Shown here in pieces: positions 10,462 to 23,266 of a DNA stretch of 64,000 nt. The position numbers and the translations under genes were made by a program. The DNA is taken from NCBI RefSeq assembly GCF_018350175.1, contig NC_058369.1:11100001-11164000 (forward strand), in the 5' to 3' direction. The notes below the pieces were generated by a model that worked only from the letters and a program-made list of their open reading frames with translations, had not been told where the DNA came from and made no database searches. The DNA is from Felis catus (lineage: Eukaryota). Position 1 is the stretch's first letter; the number at the start of each line of letters is the position of its first letter.

Positions 10462-13400
10462 GCTGCAGGAGAAGGTCAAGAGAATGAAAGTCAAGAACGG
10501 TTTCCTGAGGTCACCTGAGAGCCAATCTAGCCTGACCAGAGCTGAGACTTTGCTGTAGTTGTTTGCTGGCTTGATTAGTAAATTGATTGATTGTTGTATT
10601 TATGATGCTATAAATAGAAGTAAATATTGAACTCAGAAATGCAAGGTTCAATGTTAACAACTAGATGATAACAGTGGAAACTTAATTAGGGGGAGATGGG
10701 AAACATAAAAGCAGGACCTAAGACCAAGGAATTTCACAATTAACCAGAGTAGAAAAGTCAAGTATTAGCTGTGGAGGGATACACTGTGAACTGGGGAGAT
10801 GTCTTTTCCTATTTAAGATAGGACATATTAGACTACATTTCCATACTGATGAGAAAAATCCAGATGAAAGAATTCTCCCAAGTACGTCCTGCAAAAGGGG
10901 TACATGAAACATACATATCACTGTACCTTCTCTCTTGAGTATTCAAATGAAATTTTTTTAGGGGCACCTAGGTGGCTTAATTCGTTGAGTGACCTACTGT
11001 TCATTTTGTCTCAGATTATGATCTCAGAGTGCGTGGGATCAAGCCCCCTAGTTGGGCTCTACACTGACAACACAGAGCCTACTTGTGATTTTCACCCCCC
11101 ACCTCTGCACCTCCCTCAGTTATGCTTTCCTTCCGTCTCTGTCAAAATAAACAATTAAACATTTTTTTAAAAGAAGGTTTTAAATGTATTATGTGAAAAT
11201 GATATGCTAATGAGCTCCCTTCACAATTAGCTCATTACCTGTGAGCCTGAATATATTCTGGGTTAGCTAGCCGCTCACTTTCTCTATTGAAAATTGTCTG
11301 TGGAAGTCCTTGGAGTTTGTATAGTGGGGTTGGAATGGTTTTATTCCTGTTTTTTGTTTCATTTTTCCTAAAAAAGAATTGGCATTTATTTCACCCACTT
11401 AGCTACTTGCCATTTCTTTTTTATGGATGCGTAGATGTATTTGAGCAGAATGTGTGAGAGTGTATAAATTTTGAGTGGCCAAGTCTGACTTAGTCATAAT
11501 ATATGCCCTCCACTGTTTTTTCTCTTTTTATTCATTTATTTATTATTTTTTTGCTGAAATAATAGTTCTGTCACCTTAATAGTCTTCCCTCGTGATGAAC
11601 TGCTTTCCACAAAATGAAAGTAAATATCCTTCTCATAAATCCCCCCCTTATATATATTTCTAACTAGTTTTCAGCTCTCTGTATTTCTTATTTATTTCTA
11701 AAATAGAAATTCCATCACTTGAAAGGCATTCTTCCACGTTTGACTAAGAATCACTTTTACCTTCCATAAGCATACCTGGCCCATCTATCTTCATGTGAGA
11801 TGAATTTAAACCTTATGTATCACTTACTCTCCACATAAAAGACTTTTCATTTTCTGTTATTCCCAAGTCCTCAGCGATCTAATATAGAGTTGGACCCACG
11901 ACAGTATCACTTAATTATTACTCTTTTAAATCCTTTGGTTCAGAAGTTGGTCTGGGGTCTTCCTTCAATTTTGTTTCGTGCAGTGGTCTTGAACCATTCT
12001 GCTTAACCGAAGTGCCTCTTTCTTTCAAAAGAAGAACTTAGAAACCTAAGTTTCTCTTTCTTTCAAAAGTCTTCATTTATTTCCAAACTTTTCTGTGTTA
12101 TGCACACAAACATATTCACACACTTTCAATTCAAGTGTGTGAAAAGACACTCATGCGTATCATAAATACTCTTTATGTTCCGCACGATATTTTTTCCTAG
12201 CTCTTCTCCCCCAGTCCTTCTGAGTCAGTAGTAACTTACACGTGTTTTTCTAGTCAACCAGTGTGATGCTGATTCATTAGTTCTTTTTTCTTTTAAAGAT
12301 TTTATTTTTAAGCCATCTTTACATCCAACGTGGGGCTCGAACTCACAACCCCAAGATCAAGAGTCACACATTCCACCAACTGAGCCATTCATGATTCATT
12401 ATTTCAACACCTGCATGATATTTCATGGTGTGGCTGTGCCATTTACACTTTTGATGGTCTTTCATATTTTTTCTCATTAAAGTACTATTATATCAATGCT
12501 ACAAAACATTTTTAAATGGTTAAAACCATGGTTTTCAACAAAAGGTGATTTTTGTCCCCCAGAGGATATTGAGAAATATTCAAAGACATTTTGGGCTGTC
12601 ACAACAGGCCAGGGATGTTCTAAACATTCCACGGTGCACATGACACTCCCACCACAGAGAAAGATCTGGCCCAAAATGTCCATAGTGCAGAGACTGAGAA
12701 ACCCTGAGTTAAAGAATATCTGTATTTTTTTAAAGATTTTATTTTTTAAAAGTAATCTCTACACCCAACATAGGACTTGAACTTACAACCCTGGGATCAA
12801 GAGTCGCATGCTCTACCAACTGAACCAGCCAGGCACCCAAAGACTGTCTGTATTTTTAATATTTTTGACTGTCTTCAGAGCTCCCCAAGATACTGTAACA
12901 CTTCACAATTCTGAGAGCAAAATTAGAAAGTGCCCCCTTGCTACTTATTGAAAGTTTTCAACCCCACTCAATGTGACAGCCTTTTGAGTGTTTTCTCAGG
13001 GTGACGGGTGTGAAAGAGATTTCTTGTTGGTTTTTTAAACTACTAATGAACTCAAGCAAAGATTCATATATTTGATCACCATGTTCATTTCCCTATTATT
13101 ATTATATGTCCACATATTATATGTTTATTTTTCTATAATTATCAGCATTTCAAATAATTGTTGTAAATCACAGTTTCTCTGTTGACTTGCATTAGCTATT
13201 TCGGGCCATAAAATAGTTTTAAATTTTGTTTAGTTAAATGTATCTATCTTCTTGCTTCTGAGGGTGTTTTCTGCCTTAATTACAATAGTTTCCCACCTGT
13301 AGATTTTATATGTAATTTTATAGATGTGCATGTAAAATGGAATGGTTACTCTTACACTGGGGGTTTACTTACTCCTTTGGATTTTTGGTGAGATGTGTGA

Positions 13401-13720
13401 AGTAAGGAAACACCACACTTCCTTCCACGTAGAAAGCCTTTGTGTCAGCTTTCACTCAACAATCCAGTCTTTTCCAACTACACTTAAATGCAGCTTTGTC
13501 AAGTATTAAATGCCCATATATAATGAGACCTAATTCCGCATCCATTCAACAAATACTGAAGGAGCATCTGCTGTATGCCAGAAATTTCTAAGAACTTTAT
13601 ATATTATACTCTTTTATTTCCAGGTCTTGTAGAGTTTTATTATTCATCTGGGTTGATTTTGTTGACTTACTGCTCCTGTAGATCATGTTTCAGTTACTGC
13701 TCAAAAATCCATTCAATTTT

Positions 13721-13940
13721 GGGGCACCTGGGTGGCTCAGTCGGTTAAGCGTCTGACTTCAGCTCAGGTCATGATCTCCCAGCCTGTGAGTTTGAGTCCC
13801 ACATCGGGCTCTGTGCTGACAAGCTCGGAGCCTGGAGCCTGCTTCGGATTCTGTGTCTCCCTCTTTCTCTGTCTCTCCCCACTCACACTCTGTCTCTGTC
13901 TCTCAAGAATCAATAAAACATTTAAAAACATTTTTTAAAA
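13721..13940 (+). mobile_element. CanSINE
   Basis: ggggcacctgggtggctcagtcgg head, CT tract and A tail. Confidence 0.9.
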
Positions 13941-14677
13941 CTCCATTCAATTGTTCTTAATATGGCTGTACTGAAACTGCTCTTTTTAACCTGATTTTAT
14001 TTCCTCAGTCATTCTTTGTATTTCATAGTGTCTCATTTTCTCAAATGTGTTTCTATATAAGTGCATATACACCCACATACTTTTGTAAAGAAGAAGATGA
14101 AGAGAAGTTCCTGCTCCTTTGGTAATCAACGTCATGACAGACAGGAGTGCAGCAAAATAAATGTGAGTACAAGTAATGTATTTGGATAAGTTACATAAAG
14201 ATTATTCAGAGTTAGAGGATAGACTGTCATGGGGTGTGTGGGATTTCAGAGTCTGGGGAGGACTTTACGTGTTGAACAAGGAACAGAACCATGATTAGTT
14301 GTGCTCATCAGACTTGTCAAGAAAATGACTAAAACCCAAAGCCTAAGAATACCAAATACACACAAAAAAAATATGTCATATAAGACAAGTGATAAAGAGG
14401 CTTACCTCGTCGTCTGTTGGACCATATAAAAACTGATTAGCCAAATGAATATGGAATACACACGGGAAAATTAAGCCTTCTGCTCTCTGCTATCTGGTAA
14501 GAAAAATGCCCATATTTTGTGCACTGTTTCTTTATTCTCTTGTTATGTTCAATCTGTAAGGTGTTTCACACCATAGAGATGTCGCTAGTTTTGTCCAATG
14601 GACAAATTTATTTTTGCTCTTTAATTATTTTTGCAGGGTATAAATGGGATATAACCAAGATTGAATACCACCAGCGC

Positions 14678-14680
<3 letters not shown>

Positions 14681-14721
<41 letters not shown>

Positions 14722-15013
14722 CTCTGTTTATTGAACCCAATTTTTTTTATGTTTTTTTACATACAGATCTGAAAGTGACCATTCCAAAATGGAGCCCTAA
14801 GACTACTTGTCCTTGGGAAGCTATGAATAGGAATTTCTGGGTACTACTTCTACCTTCTTTCTGGGAAAGGTAATGTGATGTGTTTGCATTTATATCCTAA
14901 ACAGTGTGTTAAGGCAGGCAGGGGGAGGTGAGAAGGACAGAGAAGTAACACACACCAGGAAGAGTGTGCTGTGTTGTGTGTATGCGAAAGCGTGTGCTGT
15001 GTGTATGTGTGTG

Positions 15014-15043
<30 letters not shown>
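14681..15043. repeat. (CT)n at 14681-14715 and (TG)n at about 14965-15043
   Basis: Direct reading. Confidence 0.85.
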
Positions 15044-15048
<5 letters not shown>

Positions 15049-15935
15049 GAAAGCAGTCAGAGCAGGGGTACATGGGATCCTTTATTCCAAGGCCACTGTT
15101 GTAACACACAAGCCAGACTCAATCAACAGATGATACCAAGGAGGGATGTTCAATGGACAGGACGCTGCTATAACCAAATTAATAAAGTGCAAGAGGTACA
15201 TGGTGTGGTTGAGGAAGTCCCTGTGTCTTGACTTTGAGCGGTTGTGAGGTCACATGGTTCTACAAATTTCACTGCAACTATCTCTCATCTCTCTCCCTCT
15301 TGTCCATTCCACTCAACACACTGGCTTCCTTCTGAGTCTTGGTTCTTCTGAAAGAAGCACATCCTCAGGGCCTTTGCACTGGCCTTCCCCCTGCCAGGAA
15401 GCTTCCTGTCTTCCACTCTCTCTTCCTTGAAGTTTCTGTTCAAATGTCACCTTCTTAGCCGATCTTGACTGAAAACCCAACATAGCAGCCCATCCACTCT
15501 CTCCTTTTACCCACTTTCATTTTCTTCACAGCCTCTGACACCAACTCAGGATAATTCAGTTTTTAGATATGCATATATCCTATCACAATCATTGAATTGT
15601 AGGAATTCTTGCTGTTCAGCATCCTCTGCTTAATGACGTGGAAATACTGAAAACATGGTCAACACTATACACAGTCCTCAAATGCATGAAACAATTTCTT
15701 ATTAAACCTGTACAAGACCTGGCCTGTAGGGGAACATCCAATGTTGGGAATGAAAACTCCTAATCCGAGAGGAAATGGGATCCCCCGAAGGGGCCCAAAT
15801 CCAGTCACAAAAGATTGAAGTTACTTTCTTGATCAGAAAATATAAATTGTAGCCTTTGAACAATGTGGGGCCATGCCCATTGATGCGAAGTTTTGTCATG
15901 TTATTTTCCCCTTTGCTGGTAGTCACCTCCACCAC

Positions 15936-16889
15936 ATGGACCCAGGAAACGATACAGGAATTTCAGAATTTCTTCTTATGGGATTTTCAGAAGAACCAGA
16001 ACTGCAGCCCATCCTATTTGGGCTTTTCCTCTCCATGTACCTGATCACTGTGTTTGGCAACCTGCTCATCATCCTGGCCGTCAGCTCTGACTCCCACCTC
16101 CACACCCCCATGTACTTCTTCCTGGCCAACCTGTCCTTTGTAGACATCTGCCTCACCTCCACCACCGTCCCGAAGATGCTTCTGAACATCCAGACCCACA
16201 GCAAGGTCATAACCTATGCAGGCTGCATCACACAGATGTATTTTTTCACACTCTTTGCAGGATTAGACATCTTTCTCTTGACTGTGATGGCTTATGACCG
16301 CTTTGTGGCCATCTGTTGCCCCCTGAACTACATGGTCATCATGAACCCCCGGCTCTGTGGACTGCTGGTTCTGGTGTCCTGGATCACGAGTGTCCTGCAT
16401 TCCTTGTTAGAAAGCTTAATGGTGTTGCAACTGTCCTTCTGTACAGTCTTGGAAATCCCCCACTTTTTCTGTGAACTCAATCAGATGATCCAATTTGCCT
16501 GTTCTGACACCTTTCTCAATAACATGGTGATGTATTTTGGAGCTATGCTGCTGGGTGGTGGTCCCTTCATTGGGATCCTTTACTCTTACTCCAAGATTGC
16601 TTTCTGCATACAGAGAATCTCATCAGCTCAGGGCAAGTATAAAGCATTTTCCACCTGTGTGTCTCACCTCTCGGTTGTCTCTCTATTTTATTGTACTGGC
16701 CTGGGAGTGTACCTCAGCTCTGCTGCTACCCAGGGCTCCCACTCAAGTGCCACAGCCTCGGTGATGTACACGGTGGTCACGCCCATGCTGAACCCCTTCA
16801 TCTACAGCCTGAGGAACAGAGGCATAAAAGAGGCTCTGATGAGATTCTCTGGGATGGCAGCTACAAAAGGGCCAATTGTCCTGGGCTGA
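15936..16889 (+). CDS. Olfactory receptor, OR7A-like, 317 aa ([12 protein letters not shown]...)
   Basis: GN in TM1, [40 protein letters not shown] and the N-terminal NDT sequon; acceptor tggtAG at 15921-15922 just upstream of this ATG; resembles human OR7A5/7A10/7A17. Confidence 0.93.
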   Translation: MDPGNDTGISEFLLMGFSEEPELQPILFGLFLSMYLITVFGNLLIILAVSSDSHLHTPMYFFLANLSFVDICLTSTTVPKMLLNIQTHSKVITYAGCITQMYFFTLFAGLDIFLLTVMAYDRFVAICCPLNYMVIMNPRLCGLLVLVSWITSVLHSLLESLMVLQLSFCTVLEIPHFFCELNQMIQFACSDTFLNNMVMYFGAMLLGGGPFIGILYSYSKIAFCIQRISSAQGKYKAFSTCVSHLSVVSLFYCTGLGVYLSSAATQGSHSSATASVMYTVVTPMLNPFIYSLRNRGIKEALMRFSGMAATKGPIVLG

Positions 16890-17189
16890 AGAAGTGACAT
16901 GATTGCAGGGCTCCAAGCCTGAGCCAAATGTTGAGATTCTTTGATCAGACTGTGGAAGTGAAATATTCCTCTTCTGTTTTTTCCTGGAATTTCTATTTTT
17001 TTCCAACCTCTCTGTACAATTTTGCAACTTGCTTGATCAAGCTTCGTGATATCTTTGATATCCAAGAAATTTTTCCTTTGTCACTTTCCTACTCACCCAA
17101 TGTTATTCCTCACCTTGGATGTGAAATATTTGGCATTTCTCATTTATTTCAAAGGACTAGATGGATATGTTAAGAATAATCTCTTTTCA

Positions 17190-17353
17190 GGGCACCTAGG
17201 TGACTCTGTCGGTTTAGCGTTGGACTTCATCTCAGGTCGTGGTCTCATAGTTCATGAGTTCCAGCCCCACATCGGACTCTGTGCTGACAGCTCAGAGCTT
17301 GGAGCCTGCTTTCAGATTCTGTGTCTCCCTCTCTCTCTGCTCCTCCCCCACTT

Positions 17354-17403
<50 letters not shown>

Positions 17404-17440
17404 TCTCTCTCTCAAAAAAAATAAATATTTAAAAAATTTA
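17190..17440 (+). mobile_element. CanSINE
   Basis: Head, long CT tract and A tail. Confidence 0.88.
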
Positions 17441-18504
17441 AAGAATAATTTCTTCTCAAAATATATCATGGTGAGTATTTTTCTTTTGTTTGACTGAAAA
17501 AAAGTAATGAGTTATACTACTCCTATGGAAAGTCTACTCTTGGCCACCACAGCTAGTTATGTAAGTTTATAAGAGAGAAAGATCTGAGGCCACTGTGCTT
17601 CACTCTTGTAAACATCATTCCTTTGTATGTCACTACCTTAACTGCTCTTCCTGATGATGCAGACTTTGATGTACTAGTTGTTATAGCCAATCCTGTTCCA
17701 TTACACAGTTTTGTCACCATGCCTACCATAGTCATTGGCAAAAAAAAAAAAAATGATAATAAAATACATGTCTCCAAGTGGAATCTACACAGAAAGACAA
17801 ATATGGAAAAAAGAGATTGATATAATATGGCCTTAGGGTCAAACTTGACTTTAAGTATGATGAAGCAGAATATTAAATCATACATTTATTACTAGGCAAA
17901 ATATTTCTTTCTCAGGCACTTCATCTACTCATTGAATTATGGAATATCAAGGTCCATTTGTAAGGTGAATTCCTTAAGATGAAAGGTGGGTGGCATGTTT
18001 GGGGTTTTATTAAATCATTTTCTGGTTTCTGTTCAAGAATTCCCAGTGCTCCATACAAATATGATTTCTTCTGTTTCTCTAAATAATGTATCTCCCACTA
18101 CTTGGAATTTTGCCATAACCACTAAACGAGCAGCCAATGAGCAATATCAGTATCAACCATTAAACATCCTCCTCCTAATCACTGGGTGACTCACCAGCAA
18201 GCATGGATTCCCGTCCAGGTATGTGATTCAGAATCACAAGTTTTGTGCAAATACGCATGTCCTTCCAGCCTTTCCGTGTTATTTCAAAGGGCTTCAATTG
18301 ATTCATTTTTTCTAATACAGTTACACGAAATAACCTTAAAGGACAGAATAATCATAACGCTCACTTCAACTATCAGAACAAATGCCTAGAATGAAAAGAA
18401 TCCGATTATGACAAATGCCCTCAGTTCCGCCTGATTTGATTATTATATCAGTTAGCTATTGCTGCATACAAAGCATCTTTAAAAAAAAAAAAAAAGTCGC
18501 TTAA

Positions 18505-18710
18505 GGGGCGCCTGGGTGGCGCAGTCGGTTAAGCGTCCGACTTCAGCCAGGTCACTCGCGGTCCGTGAGTTCGAGCCCCGCGTCAGGCTCTGGGCCGATG
18601 GCTCGGAGCCTGGAGCCTGTTTCCGATTCTGTGTCTCCCTCTCTCTGACCCTCCCCCGTTCATGCTCTGTCTCTCTCTGTCCCAAAAATAAAAAAAAAAA
18701 AAGTTGAAAA
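18505..18710 (+). mobile_element. Young CanSINE (SINEC_Fc-type)
   Basis: CpG-rich near-consensus body; TSD aaaaagtcgcttaa on both sides. Confidence 0.92.
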
Positions 18711-20229
18711 GAAAAAGTCGCTTAATATAATGTCTTTATTATCGAATGGGATTGTAGAGTAGGGGGTTGTTCTGATCTCTGCTGGGCTCCTCATGAGTCT
18801 ATCTTCAGGTACAAGTCTCTGCATTGATTTTCTAAGGTTCATCCATGATGTGAGTGGCTGTTGTGCTTTTCTGTCTTGAACCACTTTATGTCATTTTACT
18901 CCATATATATACATATATATATATATGCTAATATTCTAATCTACAAAAAAAAATGACACTATCAAACGTGAATTGTCTTATTTTAATCCTACTATTTCAA
19001 TATTCACATGTCAACTTTTGTTTTTTCACAGTTGGTAGCGTGAGATCTCCCACCCCATTAGGTGTTAACTGTACACCAATTAGGCCCTGAGTCACACACC
19101 ACTAGATGTTTAAATTCCAATTGGGTTTTTTGGAACATTAGCACGGGCATTAACTGTATATATTTAAAGTGTACAATTTTCAAAATTGAAAGAATTGTTG
19201 AAAAATCAGGGATACCTTCTGCATAGTGCTGTTTATATGGAACTCAAGAAAGTGCACAGTAAGTTTGAACTGCTTTGTTTGGTAATCGTTAGGACGTAAT
19301 CCCCCTAGCCTTCATTTTCTTCTGAAGGCAATGTGGAATAATGAACATATCATCAAAGGATGTGGTGAGGAAAGATGACATGTGCAGAAATACTTTGCTG
19401 GGTCCAAAGAATGTTCAAGAATAAGGGTTGTGTGTATACAAATGTATGTGTATGTATGTACGTTTTTCTTTCAACCACTCACATACACATATGTACATGT
19501 GTAAGACCCATAACTCCATTATAACTCATTATAACCTACCTGTTGTGTTGAAAGAAAGCTTGAGAGAACTTGGAGGGTAAAGAAAAGAAGAGAATGAAGG
19601 TTTGCATTAACATGAAGTTCTAGGAATGTGGAGATGTAGACAAAAAAAAATTAGAGTAGAACAGGTGGTCTTTATTTTAACAATGAATCTCTTTTCGTAT
19701 CCTAGTCCCAGAAGCGTCAAAGACAGAAACACATTTACATTTATGCAAGGAGAAATTCTCTGTACCAGCTAATAGGGCTGAATATCTCCAGACTGACTTC
19801 AGGTTTTGTTTCTTCTACTCAAGTTGGCTTTCAACACAAAATGCCCTTTTACTCAAGGAAACTAAGTGAAGGAGTTGAAAGATACAAATTCCATTTTTTC
19901 AGAGACAGTTGTATGGGATAAACGTTTTTGTCATTTTTCTATTACCAATTACCACACTAAGGGTTTAAAAGAAACCAATTTCTACTCTCCCAGGTCTGGA
20001 GGTCAATGTTGAAAATGAGTCTCATAGGGCTAAAATAAAGATGCCTCTGCAGGACACAAGAGAGCTTGAATTCCTGCCCAGTTATGTGATTCCAGGTCAC
20101 CATATTTTCTCCACAAAAATGGATGTGGAGACCTACCTCTACTGGTTACCTGAATAGAATCCTCAGTGGAGAAGATTTTTTTTAATAGTCATCCAAAATG
20201 AATTTGAATAACAGAATGATCATGAATGT

Positions 20230-20745
20230 TGCTGCGTAGCAAACCATCCTGAGAGCAAATGGCTTGGTAGAATGTCTTTAGAATTCAGTGGAATTGTATG
20301 GTGCTGAGTTGTTCTAATCTCTGTTGATCTCCTCAAGGGACTTGAGTCAGCCGTGTGTCAGCTTGGGGAGGCTCTGCTGATCTCGCCAGGGCATTCTAGT
20401 ATAATTGGAGCTAGGCTAGCTACCTGTGGCTGATCCAGGGTGGCCTTGGCTTGGACAACTTGTTTATGCTCCACATGTCCACATTTCTGGTAGCCCACCT
20501 TGTTTTATTCACTTTTTGGAGGCAGAGTTCCAAGAGAGAGCAGCAGAAATGCACAAAGACCTCTGAGGTCCCCTGTCACTTCTATCAAGTTCTGCTGCCC
20601 ACACTAAATAAAAAATCCTAACCCATCCCAATTCTAAGATGGAAGAGTAGTCTCCACCTCCTGATGGTAGGTGCTGCGCACATGGCCAGAGACATGGCTA
20701 CAGAGAAAGACCGGCATTTGGGGCCATCACGGCAAACAGTCTACA
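20230..20745 (-). mobile_element. MLT1-type MaLR LTR relic
   Basis: ttgctgcgtagcaaaccat start; tccacctcctgatgg and ggggccatc...ctaca end phrases. Confidence 0.5.
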
Positions 20746-21030
20746 ACTGCTGTAAATTTCAATTCAAAAGGTTTCATTTCCAGGACAGCTGGGTGGCTCA
20801 GTTGGTTAAGCATCCACTTCAGCTCAGGTCATGATCTCATGGTTTGTGAGCTCAAGCCCCACCTCTGCACTGATTGTGCAGAGCCTGCCTAGGATTCTCT
20901 CTCTTTCTCTCTCTCCCTCACTCTCTCTCTCTCTGCTCCTCCCCCATTCATACTCTCTCTGTCTCTATCTCCAAATAAATAAATAAACACTAAAAACAAA
21001 GTTTAATTTCCACTTCCACATTCATCAGTG

Positions 21031-21241
21031 CAATTATCTCAGAGAAGACAGTGAGAATGAATTAGGGGCATAATGAGCAGTTATGGAAATTCTACTCCTG
21101 GGGGTCAGGCTTTCCTCCAGATATAACCCCTTGCCTTTAGATCGCCATTCCTAGTCTGAGAAAAGATCAAAGAAATTAAAGGTTTTCTTTCCAGATGCCT
21201 CAGAGAGACCAGGGACCTCATGTCAAACTCATGATTAATGG
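21031..21241. promoter_or_regulatory. Homeodomain (Lhx2) plus O/E (Ebf) motif cluster, candidate OR enhancer
   Basis: CAATTA abutting TCTCAGAGA, AATTAG, TAATGA, CTCCTGGGG, CCTCAGAGA and TAATGG within 211 bp. Confidence 0.4.
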
Positions 21242-21449
21242 AGCTAAGAACTGCTGTATCACTGATGCGATCTTCATGGTACCCTTCTGTTGATACTGTT
21301 TTCCTATTGATTGACCTTCCCATTGACATACTCACAAAGGTTTTCATTCTGATACTGTTTTTTTTTTCATGGGGAGGATTCTGCTGGGTGGCGGTGACAT
21401 TTTTAAATGCAAATGGAAGACAGAGACATAGGAATATTTTTTCTTCACT

Positions 21450-23260
21450 TTCCAGCTTTATTGAAATTTAATTGACATATAAAATTGCAGAAGTTTCAGC
21501 ATACAGCCTGGTGATTTCATATACATATCTGTTGTGAAGTGATCATCACAATAGCTTAGTGAATGCATCCATCACTTCACATGGTGACCATTTCCTTTTG
21601 TTGCAAGAACATTTACTATGTACTCTGTTAGCAACATTCAAGTATACAACATAACAGAGTTAAGCATAATGACCATATTGTACATTAAGTCCCCAGAACT
21701 TATTTATCTCATATCTGAGGGGCGATAGGCTTTCATTAGCATCTTCTCCTTTCCCCCAATGCCAGCCACTGGCAAACATGAACCTACTATCTGATTCTAT
21801 GGTTCAAACTTTTATATTTCATATATAAGTGAGATTATACAGTATTTGTCTTTATTTCAGTTAGCATAATTACCTTGGGTTCCGTCCATATTTGGACAAA
21901 GGAAAGGATGCCTTCCTTTTTTATTGCTGAATTCCATTGTATAGATATGCCGTCATTCTTAATTCATATGTCGATGGATGCCACGCTGTTTCCATGTCTT
22001 GGTTATTGTGAATAATGCTGCAGTGAGTGCAAAAGTACAGATATATGAGATGTTCGCCAGTGTGTGGGAATTAAACCACACACTCACGTATGGCTGGTGG
22101 ATGAAAGAAGAAATCAAAAAAGAAATTTAAAAATCTTGAATCAAATGAAAATGGAAATACAGCACATCAAAACTTATGGGATGTTGCAAAAGCAGCTCTA
22201 AGAGAGAAGTTTATAACAATAAATGCCTACATTAAGACAAATAAAAAGATCTTAAGTAAATAACCTAACTTTATGATTCAAAGACCTAGAAAACAAAGCA
22301 CCAACTAATTCCAAAGCAGCAGAGGAAGAGAAATAACAAATATCAGAGCATACACAAATAATATATAGACCAGAAAACCAAGAGAAAAGACTAACAAAGT
22401 GAAGAACCAATTTTTTGAAAATCTAAGCAAAATTGACATGCCTTTAGTTAGACCAGAAAAAAAAAAAACGGACATGGAGAAGACTCAAATAAATAAAATC
22501 AGCAGCAAAAGGTGAAGCCTTATAATCAATACCATAGAATATGGAAGAATCCTAGGAGACCACAATGAACAATCTCACTCCGACAAATTGGACAACCTAG
22601 AAGAAATAGATAAATCCCTAGAAACATACACACTACCACCACCAAACATACCACACTACCACTAAATCAGGAGGAAATGGGAAATATGAACAGATCAAAA
22701 ATGAGTAAGGGTATTAAATCTGTCATCAAAAATCTCCCAGCAAAGAAAAGCCCAGGACCAGAGAGCTTCATAGGTGAGTTCTACTAATTATGTAAAGAAG
22801 AATGAATTACTATTCTTCTCAAACCCTTCTAGAAACTTAGAGAGGAGGGCACATTCTCAACCTTATTTTCCAAAGTCAGCATGACCCTGACACCAAGTCC
22901 TGAAAAGGTCAGTACAAAAAAAAAAAAAAAAAAAGTAAAGAAAACTATAGACCGATATCCCTGATGAACACAGACACAAAATTTTTCAAAAAATATTAGA
23001 AAGCTGAATCAAACAGCACATTGAAAGGATTGTATTTCATGATCAAATGGGATTATCTAAATAACGTAAAATTGTCTTTATTTACGTATGATACAAATTG
23101 AATATAGAAAATCCTGCAGACTCAACCCTTAAGAGCGCCTTCACTGAGATGAGCACCAAGTTACGTATAGAATTGTTGAATCACTATGTTATACTGAGCT
23201 ATATTGTTCTGTATGATGATTTTATGTCCTGTACCAATAAAACTTTACTGAACTGAAAAT
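21450..23260. mobile_element. Old L1 fragments: minus-strand 3'UTR at about 21450-22030 and plus-strand ORF2/3' pieces at about 22095-23260
   Basis: ctttattgaaat...gacatat L1M 3' end; aaaatggaaatacagcacatcaaaacttatgggat and aaaactatagaccgatatccctgatgaac ORF2 text. Confidence 0.75.
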
Positions 23261-23266
23261 TACACA

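Noticed and set aside
15873..15935. N-terminal extensions of the OR ORFs (also 26359-26412 and 57492-57653)
   Set aside because: They run through polypyrimidine tracts and splice acceptors, so they are intronic; the conserved Met before the N-glycosylation sequon is the likely start
15923..16210. Recurrent antisense ORFs (...[26 protein letters not shown]...) at all four ORs
   Set aside because: Shadow frames of the conserved, homogenised OR coding strand
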